DNA of 64,000 nucleotides from an uncultured Chloroflexia bacterium (GCA_963752475.1 CAVVYR010000008.1:352001-416000), one strand, 5' to 3'; positions 43,150-58,600 are shown, counted from the first letter of the stretch. Numbers and translations are program-made. The notes: generated by a model not told the origin, from the sequence alone.

Positions 43150-45080
43150 CAGCTGTTGCGGTTGTAGAAGTTGTCGCGGACAAGGAAGTCGTGGTTGCGT
43201 AGGTCGACCTTGATGCCGTAGTGCAGCTGCAGGAAGTACTTCACGACCTCCGTGGCGGAGTTTCCCCTGGTGCGGGTGTCATCGAGATACGCCAGCACGA
43301 CGAGGTTGGAGTCCTCGCGCTTGACGGCCTGGAGGCCGGTGGGGTCGGAGGCGGTCTTGCGCGCCTGCTTGGGCACGAACGCGGCGAACCAGTTGGAGAA
43401 GGGCAGGCGGCCCTGCTTGTCGCGTTCGCCGAACTCGGCCGTGCCAGACTTGCCGGCGACCACGATGGGCAGGTCGGCGAGGTTGTCGGTGTGGCGGATG
43501 GTGACCACGCGGCGAGCAGCCTGGCGCATCGTCCTGAGTACCGACTTGTCCAGGTCCATCTCGCGCACGACCTCCGGCTGGATGCGCTCGACGAGCTTGC
43601 CCTCCTGATCCACGACCTTGCGCACCAGCTGGGGCTTGTAGATCGTGCCGCCGTTGGCCAGGGCGGCATAGGAGTTGAGCACCTGGATGGGTGTGCTCAT
43701 GTTGTAGCCCTGTCCGATGCCGGCCTGGTACAGCTCGCCGGTGTAGTAGATCTCGCCCTTGGTGCGCTGCTTCCACTCGGTCGTGGGCACGATCCCGCGG
43801 GCCTCGCCCGGCAGGTCGATGCCGGTGGGCTCGCCGAACCCGAACTGGTGCGCCCAGTAGGCCAGCCGGTCGATACCGCCGAGGCGTCCGGCGACCTGGT
43901 AGAAGAAGGTGTCGCTGGAGTGGCCGAAGCCGTCGAAGATGTTGAGGCCGCCCCAGCCCTCGCCGTTCCACTCGAAGTACTCCCAGCCGTTGACCTCGAT
44001 CGCGGGCTTCGTCTGGATGACCGTGGTGGTCGTGATCCTGCCATCGGCCAATGCGCCGGTGCCGGTGACCAGCTTGTAGGTAGAGCCGGGCGGATACTGC
44101 TCGTTGATGGCCACGTTCAGCATCGGCTTGGACGGGTCCCGGAGCAGCTTGTTGTACTCCCTCATGGAGATGCCCTGGGCGAAGGCGTTGCTGTCGTACG
44201 AGGGCAGCGAGACCATGGCCAGGATCTCGCCGTTCTGCGGGTTCATGGCGACGAAGGCACCGCGCTTGACCGGGATCTTGTCCATGGCCCACTTCAGCGC
44301 CTTTTGCGCGTTCTTCTGGACCTTGGTGTCGATGGTCAACTGGAGCGAGTGGCCGGCCTCTGGCTCGACAAGGATCTCCGGTGCCTTGACCTCGTGGCCC
44401 TGGGCATCGAGATCGACCTCCTCCAGGCCGTACTTGCCACGAAGGACGCCCTCCCACGTGGCTTCGATGCCCGCCTTGCCGATGAGGTCTTCGGGGTAGT
44501 AGCCATCGTCACGCAGGGCTTCGTACTCCGAGGCGTTGATGCGCCCAGTCCAGCCGAGGACGTGCGACATGAGCTTGTCGTAGGCGTAGTGGCGCCGAGC
44601 CTCGAGGTCGACGTGGACGCCCGGGAACAGCTCCGGGTCCTCGGCGATCATGCGCGCGGTATCGGTATCGATATCCGTGATGCGTACCAGCTCGTACTGC
44701 GAACCGGTATGGCGGTCGATGAGCTCGACGATCCGCCGTGTCTTGATGTCGGTGAGGCCGGCGATACGCTCGGCCACCTCCTGTCGCTCCGTGAAGGCCA
44801 GCTCAGCGGGCATGATGCGCAGCACGAATGTGGGCACGTTCTCGACGAGGAGCTTGCCCTTGCGGTCGTAGACCAGCCCGCGGGCGACCGGGATGGCCTT
44901 CTCTGTCGTGAGCTGGACGTCCTGGTAGGCGGCGTAGGTCGAGCCCTCGGCCAGCTGCAACTGGAACAGACGCAGGCCGAGACCGGCCACGGCCAGGATG
45001 ATGGCCACGCCGAAGACGAGGAAGCGCGGGGCCAGGCTGGGGCGCGGACTCGGATCACCGAGCAGGATGGGTTCGTCCAT
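43149..45080 (-). CDS. mrdA: Penicillin-binding protein 2 (class B)
   Basis: RGLVYDR, PGSTYK (SxxK), SSD (SxN variant) and KSGT. Confidence 0.93.
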   Translation of the reverse strand: MDEPILLGDPSPRPSLAPRFLVFGVAIILAVAGLGLRLFQLQLAEGSTYAAYQDVQLTTEKAIPVARGLVYDRKGKLLVENVPTFVLRIMPAELAFTERQEVAERIAGLTDIKTRRIVELIDRHTGSQYELVRITDIDTDTARMIAEDPELFPGVHVDLEARRHYAYDKLMSHVLGWTGRINASEYEALRDDGYYPEDLIGKAGIEATWEGVLRGKYGLEEVDLDAQGHEVKAPEILVEPEAGHSLQLTIDTKVQKNAQKALKWAMDKIPVKRGAFVAMNPQNGEILAMVSLPSYDSNAFAQGISMREYNKLLRDPSKPMLNVAINEQYPPGSTYKLVTGTGALADGRITTTTVIQTKPAIEVNGWEYFEWNGEGWGGLNIFDGFGHSSDTFFYQVAGRLGGIDRLAYWAHQFGFGEPTGIDLPGEARGIVPTTEWKQRTKGEIYYTGELYQAGIGQGYNMSTPIQVLNSYAALANGGTIYKPQLVRKVVDQEGKLVERIQPEVVREMDLDKSVLRTMRQAARRVVTIRHTDNLADLPIVVAGKSGTAEFGERDKQGRLPFSNWFAAFVPKQARKTASDPTGLQAVKREDSNLVVLAYLDDTRTRGNSATEVVKYFLQLHYGIKVDLRNHDFLVRDNFYNRNS

Positions 45081-45087
45081 CAGGCCC

Positions 45088-45591
45088 TCACCATGCCAAG
45101 CGCTCCGGCTCGCCGAAGCGCAGGTCGAGCGCTCGCACCACCGGAACCGAGACGGCCGCGATGACACCGTTCAACAGCGAGATGAACACGAGATCGGACA
45201 CCGAGAGGCCGGCGAATGCGGCTCCGCTCGAAAGCGCGTGCACGGCCTGCAGGAGCAAGTGGTAGCCGAACGTCAGCACCACCGCCGTGACGGCGATGAA
45301 GGCGAGGCGCGGCGGCCATAGCACACGGGCCACCATCAGCGCCGCGGAGATGACGAGGATCAGCGTCAACGCCGAAGAGCCCAGGACATGCCCGGGTATC
45401 AGCAGGTCGAGCGAGACGCCTCCCACGAAGGCCCAGGTCATTCCGCTCTCGAAACCAAGGACCATCGCAACGGCGATGCCCATGGCAAAGACGAGGTCGG
45501 GCCTGACGCTGCCCACCTGGAGATGGGTCAGCACGCTCGACTCCAGGATGGCAACTAGGACGGCCCCCACGGCAGGAGCCAACACGCTCAT
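45088..45591 (-). CDS. mreD: Rod shape-determining protein MreD
   Basis: VRPDL and WAFVGGVSLDLL; about 5 TM; upstream of mrdA. Confidence 0.8.
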   Translation of the reverse strand: MSVLAPAVGAVLVAILESSVLTHLQVGSVRPDLVFAMGIAVAMVLGFESGMTWAFVGGVSLDLLIPGHVLGSSALTLILVISAALMVARVLWPPRLAFIAVTAVVLTFGYHLLLQAVHALSSGAAFAGLSVSDLVFISLLNGVIAAVSVPVVRALDLRFGEPERLAW

Positions 45592-46036
45592 CAGGGTGTG
45601 TCGATGCTATTGCTTTCACGGCTTGGGTCACCCGGTCGAGTCGCCCCTCGAGCTGCGAGTGAACCCGGGCAGAAAGTATAGCCGACGCCCCAAAGGGCGC
45701 TCACCGAGACGGACGTTGACCAACGACTTGACCGCAGGGTCGAGGCTCGAATCGGGCCGGCCGCGATCTCAGGAGGCTGTCCCCTCCCCTGCGGACGTAG
45801 ACCCCCGTGCAAGCGCAGCTGCCGCGTCGGGCCCGAGGGCACATCTGACCGCTAGAGGCGGCGAGCCTTGCATGTGTCGGGCGTATCGTCTTTCCCCGGG
45901 GTCCAGGTCGTCTCGATGGTCCCTGGAGTTCGACGCCAAGGATGACCGCGGGCTGCGCGCGGCGTCGCTCCAAACGATAGAGCCGGTTCCATGTTCGCCT
46001 CCAGAGCCGACTCCCCTGCCCTTGCGAGGCACTGTT

Positions 46037-46052
46037 TGTTCCACGTGGAACA
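46037..46052. promoter_or_regulatory. parS: parS site 1, TGTTCCACGTGGAACA
   Basis: Perfect 16-bp palindrome matching the parS consensus; upstream of parAB. Confidence 0.92.
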
Positions 46053-46085
46053 GCTCCGTCGGTGGCAGACTGCGGACTAGTCGCA

Positions 46086-46123
46086 ACCCAGCCCCAGGCA
46101 ACAGACCCAGCCCCAGGCAACAG
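46086..46123 (+). repeat. 19-bp tandem repeat ACCCAGCCCCAGGCAACAG x2 between the parS sites
   Basis: Exact copies at 46086-46104 and 46105-46123. Confidence 0.85.
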
Positions 46124-46135
46124 ACAGAGAATGAG

Positions 46136-46244
46136 GGTGGATAGGGTGTTCCACGTGGAACGCCGCTATCGCGGCTCGGTCGGTCTTCGCGGTGTAAGCG
46201 ATCGAACGTTTCCCACACCGAGCATGTGGACAAGCTGCGGATAA
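46136..46244. other. Cluster of degenerate DnaA boxes (candidate oriC)
   Basis: GGTGGATAG (46136), TTTCCCACA (46209), TGTGGACAA (46225) and TGCGGATAA (46236); gene orientation switches here. Confidence 0.5.
46147..46162. promoter_or_regulatory. parS: parS site 2, TGTTCCACGTGGAACG
   Basis: One mismatch to site 1. Confidence 0.88.
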
Positions 46245-46376
46245 GTGGTGAGACCACGCTGGATGTATCGACTTTGGCATCGTTGTTGCGGAACATCGCC
46301 GCCCGGTGGTGCGGGAATGCACCATCACGCTGCTCAGAGTAGAATTGGACTAGTGAACGAACGGGTTGGGGGCTGA

Positions 46377-47219
46377 GTGGGCGAGACGATCGCCTGCGCA
46401 AATCAGAAGGGCGGAGTCGGGAAGACCACGACCGTGGTTAGCCTTGCTTCGTATCTTGCGCTGGATGGCCATCGAGTCCTACTCGTGGACATGGATCCAC
46501 AGGGGAATGCGACCAGTGGCCTCGGCATCGACCGCGAGAGCATCGAACAGTCGGTCTACGACGTGCTGCTCGCTGGTGCAGACATAAGTGCCACCGTACG
46601 CGAGACGAGGGTAGAAAACCTGTCAGTCCTTCCTTCAGACCGGAGTCTCGCGGGTGCCGAGGTCGAACTCGTCCCGAGCTCCGCACGTGAACGCCGTCTC
46701 AAGCAGGTCTTGGAGCCGGCAAGGGAGGGCTACGACTTCATCCTGCTCGATTGCCCACCATCGCTCGGGTTACTGACGGTGAACTCACTGACAGCAGCGG
46801 ACAGCGTGCTCATCCCACTGCAGTGCGAGTACTACGCCTTGGAGGGCCTGGGGCAACTGATGGCCACCGTGGAGCTCATCAGGGAGCACCTGAACCCACC
46901 GCTTCAGTTGAAGGGCGTGATCCTCACGATGCATGACGGGCGTACGAGTCTCTCGGCCGATGTCACGACCGAAGTGCGCCGTCACCTCGGGAGCCAGGTA
47001 TTCGAAGCGGTCATCCCGCGGAGCGTCCGACTGGCCGAGGCCCCCAGCTACGGCCAGTCGATCGCCTCCTACAGCCCGAGCTCCAGAGGCGCCCTAGCGT
47101 ATCAAGCGCTCACTGCCGAGTTGCTGCGCCGCAGCAAGCTGCAACCAAGCGAATCCCTGCTCGAAGCGAGCCAGCGGTTCGAGATCCCACGTAGCGCCCA
47201 AGCAGGGGAGGTGAGCTAG
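46377..47219 (+). CDS. parA: Chromosome partitioning ATPase ParA/Soj
   Basis: NQKGGVGKTTT, DMDPQGNATSG, DCPPSLG and RLAEAPSYG. Confidence 0.96.
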   Translation: MGETIACANQKGGVGKTTTVVSLASYLALDGHRVLLVDMDPQGNATSGLGIDRESIEQSVYDVLLAGADISATVRETRVENLSVLPSDRSLAGAEVELVPSSARERRLKQVLEPAREGYDFILLDCPPSLGLLTVNSLTAADSVLIPLQCEYYALEGLGQLMATVELIREHLNPPLQLKGVILTMHDGRTSLSADVTTEVRRHLGSQVFEAVIPRSVRLAEAPSYGQSIASYSPSSRGALAYQALTAELLRRSKLQPSESLLEASQRFEIPRSAQAGEVS

Positions 47220-47221
47220 TC

Positions 47222-51020
<3,799 letters not shown>

Positions 51021-51024
<4 letters not shown>

Positions 51025-53588
51025 CCGACCCGATCGAGAACGTCCGCTCGGTCCCCATCGAGGAAGAGCTCAAGTCGGCCTATCTCGATTACGCGATGAG
51101 CGTGATCGTGAGCCGCGCACTCCCCGATGTGCGCGATGGCCTCAAGCCGGTGCACCGGCGCATCCTGTACACGATGAACGAGATGGGCCTGAATTCGGGC
51201 GCCTCGTATCGCAAGTGCGCGGCCATCGTCGGCGACGTCATGGGCAAGTACCACCCTCACGGCGACCAGGCTATCTACGACGCCCTGGTACGCCTGGCTC
51301 AGGACTTCTCGCTGCGCTTCCCGTTGGTCGACGGACAGGGCAACTTCGGCTCCGTCGACGGCGACCCCGCCGCTGCCATGCGCTACACCGAGGCGCGCAT
51401 GACGGCCATCTCCGCCGAGGTCCTGGCCGACATCGACAAGGACACCGTCGACTTCGTCGAAAACTACGACGGCACGCGCATGCAACCGTCTGTGCTGCCG
51501 GCCAAGCTCCCGAACCTGCTCATCAACGGTTCCGCGGGCATCGCGGTGGGCATGGCCACGAACATCCCGCCGCACAACCTGGGTGAGGTCGTGCGTGCCA
51601 CACAGGCCCTCATCGATGACCCCGAGATGAACACCGACGCGCTGTGTGAGCACCTCCTGGGCCCGGACCTGCCCACCGGCGCAACGATCTTCCGTTACGA
51701 CCGCCGCCGCAACCCGGTGACCGGCGAGTGGGAGGAGATCGACGCCATCCGCGACATGTACCGCCACGGGCGAGGCCGGGTCGTGATGCAGGCACAGGTC
51801 GCCTTCGAGGAGACGCGCAACGGGCGCACGGCCATCGTGGCCACCTCGATCCCCTACCAGGTCAACAAGTCCACGCTGTTGGAGAAGATCGCCGACCTCG
51901 TCAAGAACGGCAAGGTCGACGGCATCGCTGACATGCGCGACGAGTCCGACCGCGACGGCATGCGCATCGTCATCGAGTGCAAGAGGGACGCGGCGCCGCG
52001 CAAGGTGCTCAACAACCTCTTCAAGCACACCGCACTGAAGATGGCTTACAACGCCAACATGGTCGCGCTCGTCGAAGGTCAACCTCAGACGCTCTCGCTC
52101 AAGCAGATGCTCCAGCACCACATCGAGTGGCGCCAGGTGATCGTGCGGCGACGCACCGAGTTCGACTTGCAGAAGGCCAAGGACCGGGCCCACATCCTCG
52201 AGGGCCTCAAGACCGCGCTCGACAACCTCGACGCGGTCATCAAGACCATCCGGGAGTCCGCCGACGTCGAGACCGCGCGGCGCAACCTCATCGAGCGCTT
52301 CGGTCTGTCCGAGGTCCAGGCCAACGCCATCCTCGAGATGCAGCTGCGCCGCCTGGCCGCCCTCGAACGCCAGAAGATCGAGGACGAATACGTCGGCATC
52401 ATCCAGAAGATCGCCGAACTCGAGGACATCCTGGCCAACCCCAAGCGGGTGCTCCAGATCATCCGCGACGAGCTGGGCGAGCTCGACCTCAAGTACGGCG
52501 AAGACCGCCGCACGCGCATCGAGGGCAGCGCCGACAAGGAACTCAGCGACGAGGACCTGATAGCGGACGAGGACGTGGTCATCACCATCAGCGGTCGCGG
52601 CTACATCAAGCGCCAGCCGCTCGTGACCTACAGACGTCAAGCGCGCGGTGGCAAGGGCATCATCGGTGCCCGCACGGTGGAGGAGGACGCCGTCGGCTAC
52701 CTGCTCGTGGCAAACACCCACGACTGGGCGCTGTTCTTCACCGATCGTGGACGTGTCTTCAGCTCCAAGGTCCACGAGATCCCTGATGCCAGCCGGCAGG
52801 CCAAGGGCATGCCCATCATCAACCTCGAGGGCGTGCAGGTCGACTCTGGTGAACGTGTGCTGGCCACGATCACGCTGCCCAACTTCGAGCCCGGCCACAA
52901 CCTGGTCATGGCCACGGTCAAGGGTGTGGTCAAGAAGACGCCCATCGAGAAGTTCGAGCGTGTGCGGTCCACCGGCATCCGCGCCATCACCGTGGCCGAT
53001 GACGACAAGCTGGCCTGGGTCGCCACCTCATCGGGAGAGGACGACATCATCCTCGCTACGGCGATGGGCCGCATCGCCCGCTTCAAGGAGTCGGAGGTCC
53101 GAGCCATGGGCCGCGACGCCGCCGGCGTCATCGGCATCCGCCTGGCCAACAAGAGCGACAGGGTCGTGGTCATGGGCGTGCTGCGCGAGGGTATGGACAT
53201 CCTCGTGCTCACCGAGACCGGCTACGGCAAGCGCGTGACCAACGCCGAGTTCCGGCCCAAGCACCGCGGTGGCCAGGGCGTACGACTCATCTCGCTCGAG
53301 GGTGCCAAGAGCGGCAAGGTCGCCGCGGTGGAGCTTGTCGATGAGTCGGACGAGGAGTTGCTGCTCATCTCCAAGGAAGGCCAGGTCGTGCGTACGGACG
53401 TCCAGTCCATCAACCGCTACGGCAGTGCCGCCCGCGGCGTGATCGTGATGCGCCTCAACGCGGGTGATACGGTCGCCGGTATCGCCGTCTTCCGCGAAGG
53501 GTTGGCAGAGCAGCGCGACGTGGACGAGAATGACGGGGAAGGGCCCGACGAGGGTGGCCCCGGCAGTGACGGAGCGGCGCAGGCATGA
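51021..53588 (+). CDS. gyrA: DNA gyrase subunit A
   Basis: KYHPHGD, AAMRYTE and GyrA-box QARGGKG. Confidence 0.97.
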
Positions 53589-53610
53589 CCCACCCGGCGC
53601 GGATGGAGAC

Positions 53611-54642
53611 ATGACGGCCTTCGGGGAGACCGAGGGAACGGGTTTCGGCGAGGCCCTGGGCCTCTACAGCGGCAATGCCAATCAGCCGCTGGCGCGCAAG
53701 ATCGGACGCTATCTTGGCGCCGCTCTGGGTCAGTCCGAGGTGTTCGAGTTCGCCAACGAGAACATCTTCGTGCGTATCGTGGACAACGTGCGCGAAAAGG
53801 ACATCTTCCTCATCCAGCCGACCTGCAAGCCGGTGCAGAAATCGATCATGGAGCTGCTCATCATGATCGATGCCTTCAAGCGCGCCAGCGCCGGCCGCAT
53901 CACGGCGGTCGTGCCGTACTACTCGTACGGGCGCTCGGACAAGAAGGACCAGCCGCGCGTGCCCATCACGGCGCGTCTCATCGCGGACATGATCAGCGTG
54001 GCCGGTGCCGACCGGCTACTCACGATGGACCTGCACCAGGGCCAGATCCAGGGCTTCTTCAACATCCCCGTCGACGAGCTGACCGCGACCCACATCCTCT
54101 CGAACTACTGGAAACAGAAGGAGCTCGAGAACACGGTGGTGGTCACCGATCTCGGCTTCGCCAAGCGCGCACGCACCTTCGCTGAGCTGGTGGGTGCACC
54201 CATGGCCATCATCGAGAAGCGTCGCGAGGGTAACGACGATCAAGCGAAGGTCATGAACGTCATCGGCAAGGTGCGCGGCAAGCGGGCCATCATCGTCGAC
54301 GACGAGATCGACACCGGCGGCACGCTGGTCGAGACGACCAAGGCGCTCGAGCGCGAGGGAGCGGTCGAGATCTACGGCTGTGCCACGCATGGCGTGCTCT
54401 CGGATCCGGCCATCGATCGCATCCGTGACTCCGCCCTCGCGGAGGTCGTCATCACCGACACCATCCCCCTGCCGGCCTCGCACATGCTGGACAAGATCAA
54501 GGTGCTCTCGGTGGCGCCGCTCATCGGCGAGGCCATCACCCGCATCCACCAGGGCAAATCCGTGGGCGCGCTATTCTCCTCGGAGATGCAACGCGCCCAG
54601 GAGATGCTGCTCTGGGGCGAGGATGACGAGGAGCCCGCATGA
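53611..54642 (+). CDS. prs: Ribose-phosphate pyrophosphokinase
   Basis: YGRSDKK, MDLH, VDDEIDTGGT and ATHGVLS. Confidence 0.95.
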   Translation: MTAFGETEGTGFGEALGLYSGNANQPLARKIGRYLGAALGQSEVFEFANENIFVRIVDNVREKDIFLIQPTCKPVQKSIMELLIMIDAFKRASAGRITAVVPYYSYGRSDKKDQPRVPITARLIADMISVAGADRLLTMDLHQGQIQGFFNIPVDELTATHILSNYWKQKELENTVVVTDLGFAKRARTFAELVGAPMAIIEKRREGNDDQAKVMNVIGKVRGKRAIIVDDEIDTGGTLVETTKALEREGAVEIYGCATHGVLSDPAIDRIRDSALAEVVITDTIPLPASHMLDKIKVLSVAPLIGEAITRIHQGKSVGALFSSEMQRAQEMLLWGEDDEEPA

Positions 54643-54917
54643 CCGACGAGACGGGTCTGCAGCCCGCTGAGGGCAAGGCCAAGACCACGATGTACCGCCC
54701 CGGCCCCGAAGGTGGGCTGGAAGCTGGTGCGCCGGAGGTCGAGGACTACCGCGACCAGCTGCGCTCGCGTCGCTGGGACGCTGCTCCGCTCGAGAACCCG
54801 GAGGTCGAGAAGACCGATCCGCGCATCGCGGTCGGCGCGCTCGTCCTACTCGCGGTGGTGACCTTCGTGATCATCGTCATCGGCTACGGTGCCGGCCTCT
54901 GGAGCCTGCCCACCTAG
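54639..54917 (+). CDS. Small hypothetical protein with a C-terminal TM anchor
   Basis: ATGA overlap with prs; C-terminal hydrophobic helix; GC-rich third codon positions. Confidence 0.65.
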   Translation: MTDETGLQPAEGKAKTTMYRPGPEGGLEAGAPEVEDYRDQLRSRRWDAAPLENPEVEKTDPRIAVGALVLLAVVTFVIIVIGYGAGLWSLPT

Positions 54918-55583
54918 GTGCCCGGTAGCGCGAGACCTGCCCTCATGCATGTCGTGTGGGACTGGAACGGCACCCTCCTGGACGACTTCGACCTGACCGC
55001 GCGCATTGCCGGCAGCACGATGACCACGCTGGGCGTACCGGGCGTGACTGGCGAGGACATCCGTCGAGAGTTCCGCCGGCCCTTCAGCGAGTTCTACGCC
55101 AGCCTCCTCGGGCGGCCGGTCACCCTCGAGGAATTCGCCTACATCCGCGAGCGCTACGAGACCGAGTACAGCGCAGAGCTCTTCACCATCGACCTGCAGC
55201 CTGACGCGGTAGATGCCATGGACCTTCTCGGTACGCGGGCCTCCCAGTCGCTGCTCTCGATGGCGCCTGACGTGCAGCTCCAGCAGCTCGTGGACCACCA
55301 CGGCATCCGAGGGCGGTTCAAGCTCGTGGAAGGCAGTCCGCGGACCGATAGCGACGGCAACAAGGCTGCGCGCATGGAACGCCACCTCGACGCGATCGAG
55401 GCGGATCCGGACGAGATCGTGGTCATCGGTGACACCGTGGACGACCACGACGCAGCCGTGCACTGCGGTGCACGTTCTGTGCTGGTCACGACCGGCAGCA
55501 CGGGGCGAGCCCAGCTGCAGACCACGGGCGCGCCCGTGGTCGATACGCTACGCGAAGCAGCCGTCATCGCACTCGACGGGTAG
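54918..55583 (+). CDS. HAD-superfamily hydrolase (phosphoglycolate phosphatase-like)
   Basis: WDWNGTLLDD and VIGDTVDD; alternative start at 54945. Confidence 0.88.
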   Translation: MPGSARPALMHVVWDWNGTLLDDFDLTARIAGSTMTTLGVPGVTGEDIRREFRRPFSEFYASLLGRPVTLEEFAYIRERYETEYSAELFTIDLQPDAVDAMDLLGTRASQSLLSMAPDVQLQQLVDHHGIRGRFKLVEGSPRTDSDGNKAARMERHLDAIEADPDEIVVIGDTVDDHDAAVHCGARSVLVTTGSTGRAQLQTTGAPVVDTLREAAVIALDG

Positions 55584-55636
55584 TTAGCCGAGGTAACGGT
55601 CTCTACGGCAGCTGCGAATGCTCGGTGCCCGAACCG

Positions 55637-58600
55637 TCAGGCCGCGCCGTGGCAGCGCTTGTACTTCTTGCCGGAGCCGCAGTAGCAGGGATCATTGCGG
55701 CCGATCTTGGTGCCGTCGGGCGCGTGGCTGGCGGCCTTGGCCTGGCCGGTGTCGATGGTCTCGTCACCCTTCTGCAGCTTGATGTCCTTGGGCGCCTGCG
55801 ACCCCAGTCCGGGAATCGCGGTCTTCGGGGCCGCCGGGGCGGCGGGACCGGCCCCGGTGGCGCTGCCGCCGGAAGTGATGGTGGTGCTGGTGCTGATGGT
55901 GGCGCCACTGGTAGCGGTGGCGCTGCCGCCCGACGAGACAGCCGGGGTGACCGTGCCGGCACCGGCCTCGGGAGCCGCGCTGGTATCGACCTGTCGCTGT
56001 GCGGCTGCGGGCGCACCGTTACCGCCGGCCTTGAGCTTGGCCAGTTGCTCCGGTGAGAGCGTTGGCATGGCCTGCGCCTGCTGCGGTGCAGCCTGCTCAC
56101 GCTGCTGGACGCTGACCCGGAAGATCGTGCTCGCGACCTGGTGCTGGATGAAGCCGCGCAGCTCTTCGTAGAGGCTGAGCGCCTCGCGCTTGAACTCGAT
56201 GAGGGGGTCTCGGCCGCCGTAGCCACGCAGGCCCACGCCTCGGCGGAAGTCCTCGAGCTCGGTCAGGTGCTCGACCCAGAGCGTGTCGATGGCGCGCAGC
56301 ACCACGGCGCGCTCGACGAGCGCCCAGGTCTCCTCGCCGTATTCCTGCTCGCGGGCGTCGAGGGCCTTGGCGGCTTCGTCGTTGACGTATTCGATGATGT
56401 CGGCCTGGCTGCCCTGCTCGTCGAGGGCATCGGCGCTGAAGGCATCGCCGGTGAGCCCGAGGGCGCCGAGCGACTCGGAGAGACCCTCGAGGTCCCACTC
56501 GGCTTCGATCTCGCCGAGGTGGCTGGCGATGACGCCGTCGAGCTCCTGCTCCACGAATGCCAGCACGGTCTCGCTGAGATCTTCGTTGTGCAGGACCTTG
56601 TCGCGCTCTTCGTAGATGCGCTCACGCTGTTTGTTGATGACGTCGTCGTACTCGACGATGCGCTTGCGCATGTCGAAGTTGTAGCCCTCGACGCGAGACT
56701 GCGCGTTCTCCACGGTCTTCGAGACCATGCGCGACTCGATGGCCACCTCGCCCTCGAGGCCCATGCGCTCCATGAGCGCGGTCACGCGATCGTTGGCGAA
56801 GCGCTTGAGCAGCGCATCCTCCAGCGAGAGGAAGTAGCGCGAGGACCCGGGGTCGCCCTGGCGACCGGAACGACCGCGGAGCTGGTTGTCGATGCGGCGG
56901 GCGTCGTGTCGCTCGGTGCCGATGATGTGCAGACCACCGGCGGCCACGACCTTCTGATGGTCCGCATCGCAATCAGCCTTGGCCTCCGCGTAGACCTCGT
57001 CGTAGACCTCCTGCTCCACTTCGGCCGGGTTCAGGCCACGGCCGTGCAGGATCTGGCTGGTCAGTCCGGCAGGGTCGCCGCCAAGCTTGATGTCGGTACC
57101 GCGGCCGGCCATGTTGGTGGCGATGGTGACGGCACCCGATCGGCCGGCCTGCGCCACGATCGGCGCTTCCTTCTCGTGGAACTTGGCGTTGAGCACCTCG
57201 TGCTTGACGCCTCGCTTCTTGAGCGCCTTGCCCAGCAGCTCGCTCTTCTCCACCGAGGTGGTGCCCACGAGCACGGGCCGACCGAGCTCCTGCTGCTCGG
57301 CGATCTCGTCGATGACGGCGTTGAACTTGGCCTCCTCGTCGCGGAAGACGAGGTCGGCGCATGTCCTCGCGGATCATGGGCAGGTGCGTGGGGACGGCCA
57401 TCACTTCGAGCTGGTAGATCTTGTAGAACTCTTCCTGCTCGGTCATGGCCGTGCCGGTCATGCCGGCGAGCTTGTCGTACAGGCGGAAGTAGTTCTGGAA
57501 GGTGACCGTGGCCATGGTCATCGACTCGCGCTGGACCCGCACGCCCTCCTTGGCCTCCACCGCCTGGTGCAGGCCCTCCGACCAGCGACGGCCGGGCATC
57601 TGTCGACCGGTGAACTCGTCGACGATGACGATCTCGCCGTCCTTGACGATGTAGTCGCGGTCGCGCTGGTAGAGCGCGTGCGCTCGCAGCGACTGCTCGA
57701 AGTGCCGCGGCAGCCGCGGGTCGGTCTCCACGCCATAGAGGTCGCGGATGTCGAGCATCTTCTCGATCTTGGCGATGCCCTCTTCGGTCGGCGCGACGGC
57801 CTTCTCCTTGAGGTCGACGTAGTAGTCGCCACCTTCCTCGGCGTTCTCCGGGCGCGGCTCGAGCCTGCGGCACCAGACGGGCGAAGACCTTGTACATGTC
57901 GCCCGACTCGCCGGCCGCGCCGCTGATGATGAGCGGCGTGCGAGCCTCGTCGATGAGGATGTTGTCGACCTCGTCGACGATGCCGAAGAAGCGCTTGCGC
58001 TGAACACGCTCGTCGAGCTCCTGGACCATGTTGTCGCGGAGGTAGTCGAAGCCAAGCTCGTTGTTGGTGGCGTAGGTGACGTCCGCGTCGTAGGCCTCCT
58101 TGCGCCCGACCGGGCGCAGGTGGACGCAGCGTCTCGTCGTTGGTCTTGTAGTCGGGGTCGTAGATGTAGGCCGTATCGTGCTGGATGATGCCGACGAGAA
58201 GACCCAGGCCGTGGAAGATCGGGCCCATCCACTGCGGGTCGCGCTTGGCCAGGTAGTCATTGACGGTGATGACGTGGACGCCCCAGCCGGACATGGCGTT
58301 GAGTGCGGCGGCCAGCGGCGCGACGAGGGTCTTGCCCTCGCCCGTCTTCATCTCCGCGATCATGCCGCGGTGGAGCACGATGCCACCCAGCAACTGGACG
58401 TCGAACGGCCGCATCTCGAGCTTGCGCCGACTGACCTCGCGGGCCGCGGCGAAGACGTCTGGCAGGACCTCGTCAAGTGCCGACTGCATGCGCTCGAAGT
58501 CCGCCTTCTTGCGCGCCCTCCGCAGCTGGCACGGGCTCTCGGAGTCCAGGCTGTGGACCTCCTCCTCGCTGGGCTCGGTGGCCGGCGCGGCCTCGCGGAC

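Noticed and set aside
45700-46030. Possible mreC remnant or stable RNA (SRP, tmRNA, 6S, RNase P)
   Set aside because: No MreC-like translation in any frame and no recognisable conserved RNA motifs by eye; an Rfam search would be needed to exclude it fully
46086-46123. 19-bp repeat as plasmid iterons or a mini-CRISPR
   Set aside because: Only two adjacent copies, no spacer and no rep gene, in a core chromosomal context
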